Assembly: GCA_963812745.1 (NCBI GenBank) | Contig: CAWEWE010000005.1 | Location: forward strand, 4,813 to 68,812 | DNA length: 64,000 bases | Origin: an uncultured Chloroflexia bacterium | GTDB lineage: Bacteria; Chloroflexota; Limnocylindria; Limnocylindrales; CSP1-4 | Direction: 5' to 3' | Part shown: positions 1-9,999 of the stretch, in pieces | Layout of the letters: every line of letters begins with the position of its first letter | How positions within the stretch are numbered: position 1 is the first letter of the stretch | Notes under the pieces: generated by a model | The model's database searches: none | What the model was told of the DNA's origin: nothing | The model's input: the letters and a program-made list of their open reading frames with translations, nothing else | Made by a program: the position numbers and the translations under genes

Positions 1-254
1 ACCGCCTCGGCGAATGTCGAGCGACCTGCCGGCACTGTGGGTGGCCGGTGAGGGCGCAATCGTCACTCGCTGCGTGTCCATCAGGATCGCGTTCATGCCT
101 CGCACGGATACGGGATCAAGGGTCCAGCTTGCTAGGACGTTCGCGGCACGCCAGATATTCCCACCATCGACACTGGGAATAACTTCGTGGCCGGGTCCGT
201 CACTGCCATCGAGCAACCCCACCACAGCGCCGGACGACCGGCAGGGAGGTTCCG

Positions 255-821
255 ATGGCCACCACGACGATCCGCAACGGGGTCGATGTCGATCGCCTCG
301 TCGCCACGATCGACGCGATCAAGCAGGACGCGAAGGTCGCGCAGTTCACGTTCCGCGCCGAAAGCACCTGGGAATCGGGCGCCCGAAGCCAGGGCCGGAT
401 CCGCGGCTTCAAGCACGCCGGCGGCGAGTCCGGGCACGCGCAGGTCTTCGAGCTCACGGGCGACGAGCCCGCTGTGCTGCTTGGCACGGACACAGGACCG
501 AACGCGGTCGAGCTAGTGCTCCAGGCGCTCGCGTTCTGTTACGGCGTCGGCGTGATCTACAACGCCGCCGCGCAGGGTATCGAGATCGACGAGCTGCGCT
601 ACGAGATCGAGGGTGACCTGGATCTGCACCGGTTCGTGGGCCTCGGCGGTCCTCGCGCCGGGTTCTCGGCGATCCGGGCAAAGGGCTGGGTCCGCTCGCC
701 GAATGCGTCGCGCGACCAGCTGGTCGAACTGTGCCAGTACGTCCAGGACACTTCCCCGGTACGGGACATCCTGGCCGCTCCAGTGCCCGTGCACACGTCG
801 CTCGAAGTTCTCGACGCCTAA
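255..821 (+). CDS. OsmC/Ohr family peroxiredoxin-like protein
   Basis: 188-aa ORF with an ATG start. The sequence is a typical OsmC-fold protein (GDEPAVLLGTDTGPNAVELVLQALAFCYGVGV). Confidence 0.75.
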   Translation: MATTTIRNGVDVDRLVATIDAIKQDAKVAQFTFRAESTWESGARSQGRIRGFKHAGGESGHAQVFELTGDEPAVLLGTDTGPNAVELVLQALAFCYGVGVIYNAAAQGIEIDELRYEIEGDLDLHRFVGLGGPRAGFSAIRAKGWVRSPNASRDQLVELCQYVQDTSPVRDILAAPVPVHTSLEVLDA

Positions 822-1176
822 CCGACACCGGGGCGGGCGCGCCGGCCGTGTCCTCGGCATGCCCGCCAAGCCATCGTCGCTCGCGACGCCCCGCACGGCT
901 CCGGATGCCGCTTTCTCAACTCGCCGCGGGCCGATCGCGTGGCTCTGGTCGACCAGCGGCTGGTTCTACCTGCGGCTGTACCAGCGGGAGAGCCACTCCA
1001 CGGCCGTGCGTCGGGGATAGGGCGTTGCGGTCGCGGGTCGAGCGCCTGGAGGCGCTCCCGGGCCGCCCCGGTATGGTACGTCTACTCCAACGTCGACCAT
1101 CGAGCACGTGCCCTGGCGAATGCCCGCACGTCCGGCCAACTGCTCGACCCTGAAGGCCGACGCCAATTCGGCCTCT

Positions 1177-1425
1177 CCAGTAACCCATCCCGATCGCCTT
1201 CTGGAAGTCAGTCAGTGCCGGCCTGATGCTGTCGAACCTGCGTTCGCACAACGCGATCACCGTGTGCTCGAGCGCCGGGCTCATCTCCACGGCCGACATG
1301 ACGGACGGCGCTGCGCCGACGTGGCCCATGGACGGGACCTCATCTTGCAGGCCCGTGAAGATCCCGAAGCCATAGCCATATTTGCCGAGCTCGTTCGTCG
1401 ACTGAATCGACGTGGCCTCCTTCAC
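1177..1425 (-). pseudogene. Beta-lactamase/serine-hydrolase family C-terminal fragment, truncated remnant
   Basis: The first 83 codons of the minus ORF 916..1425 encode ...GKYGYGFGIF...GHVGAAPS...VIAL..., the C-terminal region of class-C beta-lactamase-like proteins. There is no N-terminal SxxK region, and the translation degenerates after codon 83. Confidence 0.35.
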
Positions 1426-1545
1426 ACGTGAGTCGACTGCGCGCGCTTCGCCCGGCCGCGACGCCGCTCTGGGACTTTGTCCTGGGTATTGACAAAGTGG
1501 CTCGCATGGCTAGGATGCGCTTTGTCCACTCACCGGACGAAGTCT

Positions 1546-2736
1546 GTGAGGGGCGTGGCAGGAGGGGCCAGAGCACCGCCCGTGGCACGCACCGAGTTCC
1601 CGGCGAAGGCGACCCACGCGCAGACCCGAGCGCACAACGCGGCACTGGTCCTCCGCGCGCTCTACGACCTCGGGCCGATCTCGCGGGCCGACATCGCCAG
1701 ACTGACCGGCCTCACCCGGACCAGCGTCGGCGAACTCGTCAGCGACCTGGAGCAGGAAGGTCTCGCGGTCGATGTCGGGCGCGGGCCCAGCACCGGTGGC
1801 AAGCAACCGACCCTCGTCGCGCTGAACGCTGGTGCCCGGACCGTCATCACCCTCGACCTCGGCGAGCGCACCTTCACCGCGGCCCTCGCCAACTTGCGCG
1901 GCGAGATCGCCGCGCGCGTGAGCCGCGACCTCGACGGTCGCGACGGCGAGCAAGCGGTCGACGTCGTCCACGAGCTCATCGACGAAGTGCGCGCCGCGGC
2001 GACCAGCCCGATCCTCGGGATCGGCGTCGGCACCCCGGGCATCGTCGACCAGGCCGGCACGATCCGCTGGGCCGTCAGTCTCGACTGGCAGGACCTGCCG
2101 CTCGCTCGGATCCTCCAAGATCGTCATCAGCTCCCGACCGTCGTCGCCAACGACAGCCGCGCGGCCGCGTTCGCGACCTACCTGTTCTCCGGTGACGAGC
2201 GCCCGACCAACCTGGTCGTGATCAAGGTCGGTCGCGGCATCGGCGCCGGGCTCGTCCTCCGCGACCAGCTGTTCGGCGGTGACGGCGAGGCGGCCGGCGA
2301 GATCGGCCACGTCGTGGTCGACCCCGATGGCGTCGAGTGCCACTGCGGCCGCTTCGGCTGCCTCGAGACGGTCGCCAGCGCGCCGGCCGTGCTCCGCGCG
2401 AGCGGCGCCAAGAGCCTCGACGAGCTGGCTCAGAACGCGGCCCAAGGCGACGACCAAGCGCTCGGCGTCGTACGCGCCGCCGGCCGAGCCCTCGGCGGCG
2501 CGATCGCCCATCTCGTCGGCACGCTCGACGTCCGGCACATCACGCTGGTCGGCACCGTCACCGGCCTCGGCGAGCCATGGCTCGACGCGGTGCGCGACGA
2601 GGCGACGAGAAGGAGCCTGGCCGCCACCGGCCGCGAGACGACGATCGTCGATGGCGGGACCGGCGAGGACGTCACGCTCCTCGGCGCCTGCGCGCTGCTC
2701 CTCACCCGCGAGCTCGGCCTGACGGTGCACCGATGA
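1546..2736 (+). CDS. ROK family transcriptional regulator (NagC/Mlc-like)
   Basis: N-terminal HTH (LRALYDLGPISRADIARLTGLTRTSVGELV) followed by a ROK sugar-kinase fold with a CHCGRFGCLE zinc motif. The GTG start at 1546 is uncertain. Confidence 0.8.
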   Translation: MRGVAGGARAPPVARTEFPAKATHAQTRAHNAALVLRALYDLGPISRADIARLTGLTRTSVGELVSDLEQEGLAVDVGRGPSTGGKQPTLVALNAGARTVITLDLGERTFTAALANLRGEIAARVSRDLDGRDGEQAVDVVHELIDEVRAAATSPILGIGVGTPGIVDQAGTIRWAVSLDWQDLPLARILQDRHQLPTVVANDSRAAAFATYLFSGDERPTNLVVIKVGRGIGAGLVLRDQLFGGDGEAAGEIGHVVVDPDGVECHCGRFGCLETVASAPAVLRASGAKSLDELAQNAAQGDDQALGVVRAAGRALGGAIAHLVGTLDVRHITLVGTVTGLGEPWLDAVRDEATRRSLAATGRETTIVDGGTGEDVTLLGACALLLTRELGLTVHR

Positions 2737-3707
2737 TCGACGACCGCCGCGAAGAACTCGACGGCCACAAGCCCGGTCCGGTCGCCGGTATCGATATCGG
2801 CGGGACCAAGATCGCCACGCTCATCGTCGACGCCGACGGCGCCGTCCTCGGTCGCGCCACCCACGCCTCCTCCGTGGGTGACCAGGGCGGCGCCGTCCCG
2901 TCTATCGCCGCCTGCCTCGACGAGGCGCTGGCGGCCGCCGGACTCCAACGGCACGACCTCGCCGCGGTCGGTGTCGGTGTGCCCGGTCGGGTCGACCCGG
3001 CACGCGGTCACGTGACCCTCGCCGTCAACCTCGGCTGGACCGATTTCGCGCTGCGCGACGCCCTCCAGGTGGAGCTCGGCGTCCCGGTCGTGATCGAGAA
3101 CGACGTCCGCGCCGCGGCCATCGGCCTGCACGAGCGCCGGGTCGTCGGCGACACCGGTGATCTCGCCTACCTCGCGGTCGGCACCGGCATCGCGGCCGGC
3201 GTCGTGCTCGACGGACAGCTGCATCGCGGCGCCCGCGGTCTGGCCGGCGAGATCGGCCACGCCATCGTCGATGGCGATGGTCCGCGCTGCGTATGCGGCC
3301 AACAGGGCTGCCTCGAGGCCTTCGCCGCCGGCCCGTCGATCGCCAAGCGGGCGGGTCATGCCTCCGCCAAGGCGGTCTACGAAGCAGCGGCCGCCGGCGA
3401 CCAGGCCGCCACCGAACTGATCGACGACGTCGGGCGACGACTCGCCTGGGCGATCCACACGCTCGTCATGACCTACGACGTCCAACGCGTCGTGGTCGGT
3501 GGCGGCGTGTCCCATGCCGGTACGCCGTTCGAGGTCCCGCTGCGTCGGGAGCTCGCACGCTTGCGTGCCGCATCGGATCTCGCCGGGGAGCTGTTGCCGG
3601 CCGACATCGTCGATGTCCTGCCACCGGAAGCCGAAGCCGGCGCATGGGGCGCCGTCGCCGTGGCGAGGACCGCGTACCAGGGATCGGAGGTGGTGAGCCA
3701 CGCCTGA
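2733..3707 (+). CDS. ROK family sugar kinase (glucokinase / N-acetylglucosamine kinase-like)
   Basis: GIDIGGTKIATLIV and CVCGQQGCLEAF motifs. The ATG overlaps the upstream TGA stop (ATGA), suggesting translational coupling. Confidence 0.8.
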   Translation: MIDDRREELDGHKPGPVAGIDIGGTKIATLIVDADGAVLGRATHASSVGDQGGAVPSIAACLDEALAAAGLQRHDLAAVGVGVPGRVDPARGHVTLAVNLGWTDFALRDALQVELGVPVVIENDVRAAAIGLHERRVVGDTGDLAYLAVGTGIAAGVVLDGQLHRGARGLAGEIGHAIVDGDGPRCVCGQQGCLEAFAAGPSIAKRAGHASAKAVYEAAAAGDQAATELIDDVGRRLAWAIHTLVMTYDVQRVVVGGGVSHAGTPFEVPLRRELARLRAASDLAGELLPADIVDVLPPEAEAGAWGAVAVARTAYQGSEVVSHA

Positions 3708-3780
3708 CGCCAGCCAGCCGATCCCACGGATCAGTCGGAACCGCCACATCACTGGATGGAAGGAGCACCAAGGAGGAGCG

Positions 3781-5181
3781 ATGGACAAGAAGATGAAGCG
3801 GCATCTGGGGTTGCTGTTCGGGGTGATGCTCGTCATCACCGCGTGCACCGGCCAGACGCCGTCAACCGCACCGTCGGCCGCGCAGTCCGCGGCCCCGAGC
3901 GTCGATGCAAGCGAGGCACCGAGCACGCCGGCCGAGTCGGCGTCGCCGACCCCGCTGGCCGCCGACCCGGCCGAAGCCGTCATCCCCAACGTCGAGGCGA
4001 ACGCCGAGATCAGCGTCTGGACGTTCTGGCTCTCGCCGACGTTCGATGACTATCTGAAGGCCACGTTCGCCCGGTTCGAAGAGACCTACCCGGGCGTCAA
4101 GGTCAACTGGGAAGATCATCAGGCGACCTTCCAGGACGACCTCAAGAACTCGTTCGCCGCCGGCAACGCCCCGGACGTGATCAACCTGTCGGTCGGCGAG
4201 GGTTGGGTCTCCGACTACGCCACCCGCGACCTGCTGCTCGAGCTCGACAGCCGGGTGCCGCAGGAGGTCAAGGACATCTACTTCGAGGGCCTGTGGAAGG
4301 CTCAGAACGTCGACGGCAAGAACTTCCAGTTCCCGTACTACCAGGGCGTCGCCGTCGAACTGATCAACACCCGGCACTTCGAGGCCGCCGGTCTCGACCC
4401 CGCCGCATTCCCGAAGACCGTCCAAGAGCTGCCGGCCTTGTGCCAGACGCTCAAGGAGAAGGCGAACGTCGTCTGCGACCTGCGGATGACCGTCAACGAC
4501 CTCCTTGCCCAGATGGTCTACGAGGGCGACGTCAAGGTCCTGTCGGACGACGGCAATAGCTTCACGTTCGACTCGCCCGAGGCGGTCGCGTGGCTGCAGA
4601 TGTACGTCGATATGGTCGCGGCCGGCACGGTCGACAACACCGCGCTGACCACCAAGGACGACCGCGTCGGTCTCCTGATCTTCTCGGCCGGGCAGGCGCC
4701 GTTCTACCAGACCGGCCCGAACCTGATCCGCGAAGTCAAGGCCAACAACGCATCCCTCTACGAGGATCTCGCCGTCGTGCCGGCCCCGGTCGGCAAGTCG
4801 GGTGTCCTCGGCAAGGGCCTGATGGGCATGTCCGTCAAGGCCGACACCAAGTTCCCGAACGCATCGATCGCGCTGGCGCAGTTCATGACGAACCCGCGCA
4901 CGATGGTCGCGCTCTCCAAGATGTCGGCGGTCTATCCGTCGTCACCGAAGGCGTTCGAGGACCCCTACTTCAGCGCCTCGTCCCCGTTGATCGAGGACAG
5001 CGCCCGGGGTAGTGCCGGGGAAACCATCGCCAAGTACGCTGACATCGTGCCGACGGTCCCGAACAAGGCCGACGTCAACGCCATCGTCCTCACGGCTGTC
5101 GAGAAGGCGCTGTTCGGCGGCGTTGCCGCCCAGCAGGCGCTGACCGAGGCGGTCGCTGAGGCCAACAAACTGCTCGACTAG
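3781..5181 (+). CDS. Carbohydrate ABC transporter substrate-binding lipoprotein (family 1 SBP)
   Basis: Lipoprotein signal with a lipobox (LVITACTG), an AAGGAGG ribosome-binding site, and typical sugar-SBP length and composition. Confidence 0.8.
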   Translation: MDKKMKRHLGLLFGVMLVITACTGQTPSTAPSAAQSAAPSVDASEAPSTPAESASPTPLAADPAEAVIPNVEANAEISVWTFWLSPTFDDYLKATFARFEETYPGVKVNWEDHQATFQDDLKNSFAAGNAPDVINLSVGEGWVSDYATRDLLLELDSRVPQEVKDIYFEGLWKAQNVDGKNFQFPYYQGVAVELINTRHFEAAGLDPAAFPKTVQELPALCQTLKEKANVVCDLRMTVNDLLAQMVYEGDVKVLSDDGNSFTFDSPEAVAWLQMYVDMVAAGTVDNTALTTKDDRVGLLIFSAGQAPFYQTGPNLIREVKANNASLYEDLAVVPAPVGKSGVLGKGLMGMSVKADTKFPNASIALAQFMTNPRTMVALSKMSAVYPSSPKAFEDPYFSASSPLIEDSARGSAGETIAKYADIVPTVPNKADVNAIVLTAVEKALFGGVAAQQALTEAVAEANKLLD

Positions 5182-5251
5182 CAGCAGCTGTCACATTTCG
5201 GCCCGCCTCCGTTCCCCCAGGAGGCGGGCCGAACCCTTGCCAGGACCACTG

Positions 5252-6160
5252 ATGACTGCCACACGATCGAGCCGGATGATCGGCAGGCCGCGCGCCACGC
5301 CGTACCTGTTCCTGCTGCCCGCACTCGTCCTGCTCGCGATCTTCGTCTTCTACCCGATCGCCGCGGTCGTCTGGTTCAGCCTGACCGACTACGACATCGT
5401 CCGGCCGCCGGTCTTCGTCGGCCTCGAAAACTTCGTGGCGTTGCTCGACGACGACACGTTCAAGCTCGCGCTCGTGCACTCATTCGTGTACCTGCTGGTG
5501 ACGCCGATCCTGATCGTCCTGTCGATCTGCCTGGCCATCATCGTCAACCGCAAGCTGCGCGGGATCCACATCTACCGCGCGCTGTACTTCGTGCCCGCGG
5601 TCAGCGGGTCGATCGCCATCGGGCTGTCGTGGCGCTGGATGTTCGACCGGAGCGGGTTCATCAACTCGGTGCTTCAGTCTTGGGGCCTCATCGACGACCC
5701 GATCCAGTGGCTGGCGACGCCGGCCCTCGTGCTACCCATCGCGATGCTGCTGACGATCTGGGCCGGCATCGGCTACTACTCGGTGATCTTCCTGGCCGGG
5801 CTGCAGAACGTGCCCGACGAGCTGTACGACGCCGCCCGCATCGACGGCTGCACCGACTTCCAGAAGCACCGCTACGTCAGCATCCCCGCGCTGCGACCGC
5901 AGATCGTATTCGTGGCGGTCATCTCGAGCCTCGCCGCGCTCAAGGTCTTCGACGAGATCTACGTCCTGACCAACCGGACCGGCGGCATCCTCGATAGCGG
6001 CGTGACGATGGTCTTCTACCTGTGGGAGCAGGCGTTCGAGCGGTCGAATGCCGGGTACGCGTCGGCCATCGCGATCGTGCTGCTGGTCATCACGCTCGGC
6101 TTCTCGATCGTCAACGTGCGGCTGCTCGAGCGGGGCGGCGTGGGCGAGGGCGGTCGATGA
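5252..6160 (+). CDS. Carbohydrate ABC transporter permease (MalF/UgpA-like)
   Basis: Six-TM permease with an EAA-like loop (RIDGCTDFQKHRYVSIPALRP). The exact start is uncertain; ATG 5252 is the preferred candidate. Confidence 0.8.
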   Translation: MTATRSSRMIGRPRATPYLFLLPALVLLAIFVFYPIAAVVWFSLTDYDIVRPPVFVGLENFVALLDDDTFKLALVHSFVYLLVTPILIVLSICLAIIVNRKLRGIHIYRALYFVPAVSGSIAIGLSWRWMFDRSGFINSVLQSWGLIDDPIQWLATPALVLPIAMLLTIWAGIGYYSVIFLAGLQNVPDELYDAARIDGCTDFQKHRYVSIPALRPQIVFVAVISSLAALKVFDEIYVLTNRTGGILDSGVTMVFYLWEQAFERSNAGYASAIAIVLLVITLGFSIVNVRLLERGGVGEGGR

Positions 6161-7044
6161 CGTCGACGACCATGGCCGACATCCGGGTTGCCGAGCGAAC
6201 GCAGCGGGGCGCCGATCGGCGCAGTCGATGGCTGCGCGACGGCGTGTGGTACCTCGTCCTGACCGCGATCGCGGTCGTCACGGTGTTCCCGTTCGCCTGG
6301 ATGTTCCTGACGTCGATCAAGGGGCCGTCCGACCTCATCACCTCGGTGCCGCCCCAGTTCCTGCCGAACGACCCGACGATCGCGGCCTACGTGCGGGTGT
6401 GGGACAGCCTGCCGATCGCCTCGTTCTTCCTGAACTCGGCGACCGTCGCCGTGGCGACCGGGCTGCTCAACGTGCTGGTCGCCGCGATGGCCGCGTATCC
6501 GCTGGCGAAGATGCGCTTCGGCGGCCGCGACTTCGTCTTCTACCTGCTGCTCGCGACGCTGATCGTGCCGGCCCAGCTCACCTACATCCCGAGCTTCATC
6601 CTGGCCGTCAACGTCTTCCACTACTACGACTCGTTGCCCGCGCTGATCTTCCCGAACATCGTCAGCGCGTTCAACATCTTCCTGTTGCGGCAGGCCTTCC
6701 GGGGCGTGCCCGACGACCTCGTCGATGCGGCCCGTGTCGATGGCGCCGGGGAGTGGCGGATCTGGTGGTCGATCCTGCTGCCGATCGTCCGGCCGTCGCT
6801 GGCGGCGGTCGCGATCTTTACCTTCGTGACGTCGTGGAACGACTTCCTGTGGCCGTCGCTGATGCTCCACACGCCGGAGGGGATGACGCTGCCGGTGGGG
6901 CTCGCTGCGCTGCAGGGCTTCTTCTCGTCGGACTTCCGGTCGATCGCGGCGGGTGTGACGATGACGGTCGTGCCGATCCTGCTGTTCTTCATCGTCGTGC
7001 AGCGTTACTTCGTGCGCGGCCTGTCGGGTGCGGTCAAGGGGTGA
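6157..7044 (+). CDS. Carbohydrate ABC transporter permease (MalG/UgpE-like)
   Basis: The ATG overlaps the upstream stop (ATGA). The protein carries VDAARVDGAGEWRIWWSILLPIVRPS. Confidence 0.8.
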   Translation: MTSTTMADIRVAERTQRGADRRSRWLRDGVWYLVLTAIAVVTVFPFAWMFLTSIKGPSDLITSVPPQFLPNDPTIAAYVRVWDSLPIASFFLNSATVAVATGLLNVLVAAMAAYPLAKMRFGGRDFVFYLLLATLIVPAQLTYIPSFILAVNVFHYYDSLPALIFPNIVSAFNIFLLRQAFRGVPDDLVDAARVDGAGEWRIWWSILLPIVRPSLAAVAIFTFVTSWNDFLWPSLMLHTPEGMTLPVGLAALQGFFSSDFRSIAAGVTMTVVPILLFFIVVQRYFVRGLSGAVKG

Positions 7045-7045
7045 G

Positions 7046-8629
7046 GTGACGGACTCGATCCTCGCGCGGGTGATGCTGGCGTTCGAGGGGGAGGTGCTGC
7101 CGGAGTCGATGGCGGCGCGGTTGGCGGGGGCGCCGGCGGCGGGCGTGACGCTGTTCCGGCACGGGAACGTGCGGTCGCCGGGGCAGGTGCGAGAGCTGGC
7201 GGCACCGTTGCAGCGGGCGGCGAGTGGCGTGGCCGGGTCCGCTCCTCATCGCGGCCGACCAGGAGGGCGGCCAGTTCATCGCCCTCGGCGACGCATCGAC
7301 CCAGTTCGCCGGCAACATGGCGCTGGGCGCGGTCGATGACGAGTCGTTGACGGAGCGTGTCGGGCGGGCGATCGGCACCGAGGCGCGCGCGATGGGCGTG
7401 AACGTCGTCTACGCGCCGGTGCTCGACGTGGCCTCGAACCCGCTGAACCCCGCCCTCGGGATCCGGTCGTTCGGGGACGACCCGGCGCGCGTCGCTCGCC
7501 ACGGTGCGGCGATGGTCCGCGGCCTCCAGGCGGCCGGGGTGGCGGCGTCGGTCAAGCATTTCCCGGGCTCGGGGGAGGCGACCGGTGACCCGCATCACGA
7601 CGTCGCGACCGTGCTCGCCTCGCGCGCGATCCTTGATACCCGCGAGTTCGTGCCGTTCGGCGCCGGCGTTCGCGGCCGGCGCTCGGCTGGCGATGTCCGC
7701 GCACGTGACGTTGCCGGCGGTGACGGGTCGCTCCGATCTGCCGGCGACCCTGTCGCGGGCCGTCATGACCGACCTGCTGCGGCGCGATCTTGGCTTCGAG
7801 GGCGTGACGATCTCGGATGCGCTCGACATGGCGGGCGTGGGGAGCGGCCCGGACGGTGTCCCCGACGTGGTCGCCGCGATCCGGGCGGGGGTCGACCTGC
7901 TGCTGACGGGCGCGGATCCCGAGGCGCTTGCCCGCATCGAGCGGACGCTGGTCGAAGCCGCGGACCGATGCCCTGTTCGATCCGGCCGAGGTGGCCGCCA
8001 CGGAACGTCGTCTTGCCGCGCTGCGGGAGTGGTTGTCGTCGCGTGGCCCGGTGCCGGACATCGACGTCGTCGGTGGCGGGGCGCATCGGGCGCTCGCCGC
8101 GGAGCTCGCGTCGAAGTCGATCACGCTCGTCCGCGATCCGGCCGGGTTGCTGCCGATCCGCTGGTCGTCGGTCGGGCGCGTCCTCGCGGTCATGCCGCGC
8201 CCCACCGACCTGACGCCGGCCGACACGTCATCGACCGTCACCCCCGCCCTCGCGGCCGCGCTCCGTCGCTACCATGCCGACGTGGACGAGGTGGTGGTCG
8301 AACCCGAACCGGACGCGGCGTCGATCGCCGCGGTCCGCGGGCGGGCGTTGGCCGCGGATCTCGTCGTCGTCGGCACGATCGACGCCCATCGACTTCGATC
8401 GCAGCTCGACCTCGTCGACACGATCGCCGCGACCGCCACCCCGACGATCGCCGTCGCGCTGCGAGGGCCGTGGGATGTCGCCGGTTATCCGCCGCGCGTG
8501 ACGGCGCTCGCGACGTACTCGATCCTGCCGGGCTCGCTCGAGGCGTTGGCCGCGGTTCTCACCGGTGAGGCGCCAGCGACCGGCCGACTTCCGACGGTGA
8601 TCGAGCGCCCGGTCCGCGCCGATGCGTGA
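7046..8629 (+). CDS. Glycoside hydrolase family 3 beta-N-acetylhexosaminidase (NagZ-like), interrupted by three +1 frameshifts
   Basis: GH3 signatures (LIAADQEGG, KHFPGSG, ISDALDM) are spread over four overlapping ORFs. The frame changes sit near 7235, 7690 and 7975. Confidence 0.7.
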
Positions 8630-8655
8630 TATCGCGCCGATGCGCCGCGCACGAC

Positions 8656-8825
8656 GCTGCCAGATATTCGCTGAGCGACTGGTAGGCGCGCTGTGGACAC
8701 GGATTCGCGGTCTCTTGGCGCGCATCGTGCTCGGATCGTGCGTGACGGACGCCACGCCCAGCCGGGATCGAGGCCATTCGAGCCGGAATCCGCGCCTATT
8801 AGTCACGGGGCGAATATCTGGCAGC
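8656..8825. repeat. Perfect 16-bp inverted repeat flanking a 138-bp spacer
   Basis: The arms are GCTGCCAGATATTCGC (8656-8671) and GCGAATATCTGGCAGC (8810-8825). The element sits in the intergenic region between the NagZ-like gene and the SIS gene. Confidence 0.6.
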
Positions 8826-8869
8826 CCGATGGCGCGCCTGGTCCGGGGCGGCCCCGCCATCACCGCCCC

Positions 8870-9909
8870 ATGACGCTTCGCGACGAGATCCTCGAACAGC
8901 CCGAGGTCGCCGCGCGGTTCCTGCGTCGCGCGCCGGAGGCCGTCGGCCCGCTCGTCGAGTCGATCCGCGCCCACGACGTCGACCACGTCGTCATCGCCGC
9001 CCGCGGCACCAGCGACCACGCGGCGATCTACGCGCAGTACGTGCTCGGTGTGCGGCACGCGCTGTCGGTCGGGCTCGGGACGCCGTCGGTCATCTCGCTC
9101 TATGGCGCGCAACCAAGGCTCGATCGCTCGCTCGTCGTCGGGATCAGCCAGTCGGGCGCATCGCCCGACGTCGTCGCGGTGATCGAGGCCGGCCGGCGCC
9201 AGGGCGCGCCGACGCTGGCCATCACCAACGACCCGACCTCGCCGTTGGCGACGGCCGCCGAGACGTCGATCGACCTGGGCGCGGGGCCCGAGCTGGCGGT
9301 CGCCGCGACCAAGACGTACACGACCGAGCTCCTGGCGATCGCCTCGTTGTCCGCCGCGCTATCCGGCAACGCCGTCGGACCTCGACGACCTCGCCGCGAT
9401 CCCGGACGCGATGGCCGGCGGCGCTGGCCCTCGAGCCCGATGTCGCGTCGATGGCGCGCGACCAGGCCGCCGCCGACCGGCTGCTCGTCCTCGCGCGCGG
9501 GTACGAGTACGCGACGGCCCGCGAATGGGCGCTCAAGCTCAAGGAGCTGGCACGGGTCTTCGCCGACCCGTACTCGGCGGCCGACTTCGAGCACGGGCCG
9601 CTCGCCCTGCTGGAGCCGGGCGTCCCGGTCCTCGCGACAGTCCGGCCCGGTCCGACCGAGGCGCCGCTGGTCGCGTTGCTCGAGCGGTTGCGCGACGACC
9701 TCGATGCCGCCATCGCGGTCGTCTCGGATCGGCCGCCGGCGCTCGCGCTGGCGCGCTGGCCGTTCGCGATGCGCAGGGGCACGCCCGAGTGGCTCGGCCC
9801 GATCGTGTCGATCGTGATCGGCCAGCTCCATGCGCTGCATCTGACCCAGGCGCGCGGCCTCGATCCGGAGCGGCCACGCAACCTCAACAAGGTGACGCGC
9901 ACCCGCTGA
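8870..9909 (+). CDS. SIS-domain sugar isomerase/deaminase (AgaS / GlmS-isomerase-domain / NagB-II-like), interrupted by two frameshifts
   Basis: SIS motifs (VIAARGTSDHAA, VGISQSGASPD, a second SIS half). Single-base insertions near 9375 and 9430 split the gene across three frames. Confidence 0.65.
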
Positions 9910-9999
9910 GATCGGCGCCAGGAACCCGTCACGATCGGCGCGCGTCTGCATCCGAACCGCCGACGGGGACGAATCCAGCGGTGTCAGAAGGCACGTCAT

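Noticed and set aside
2430-3989. Many very long ORFs on the opposite strand of confident genes. Examples: 2430-3989(-), 9100-10611(-), 19935-22133(+), 21873-24227(-), 24682-26223(-), 26455-27816(-), 28725-30638(-), 30986-33505(-) and 44854-46479(-).
   Set aside because: They are Arg/Ala/Gly/Pro-rich, which is typical of stop-codon-poor antisense frames in 70%-GC DNA. Each overlaps a gene with clear family motifs on the other strand.
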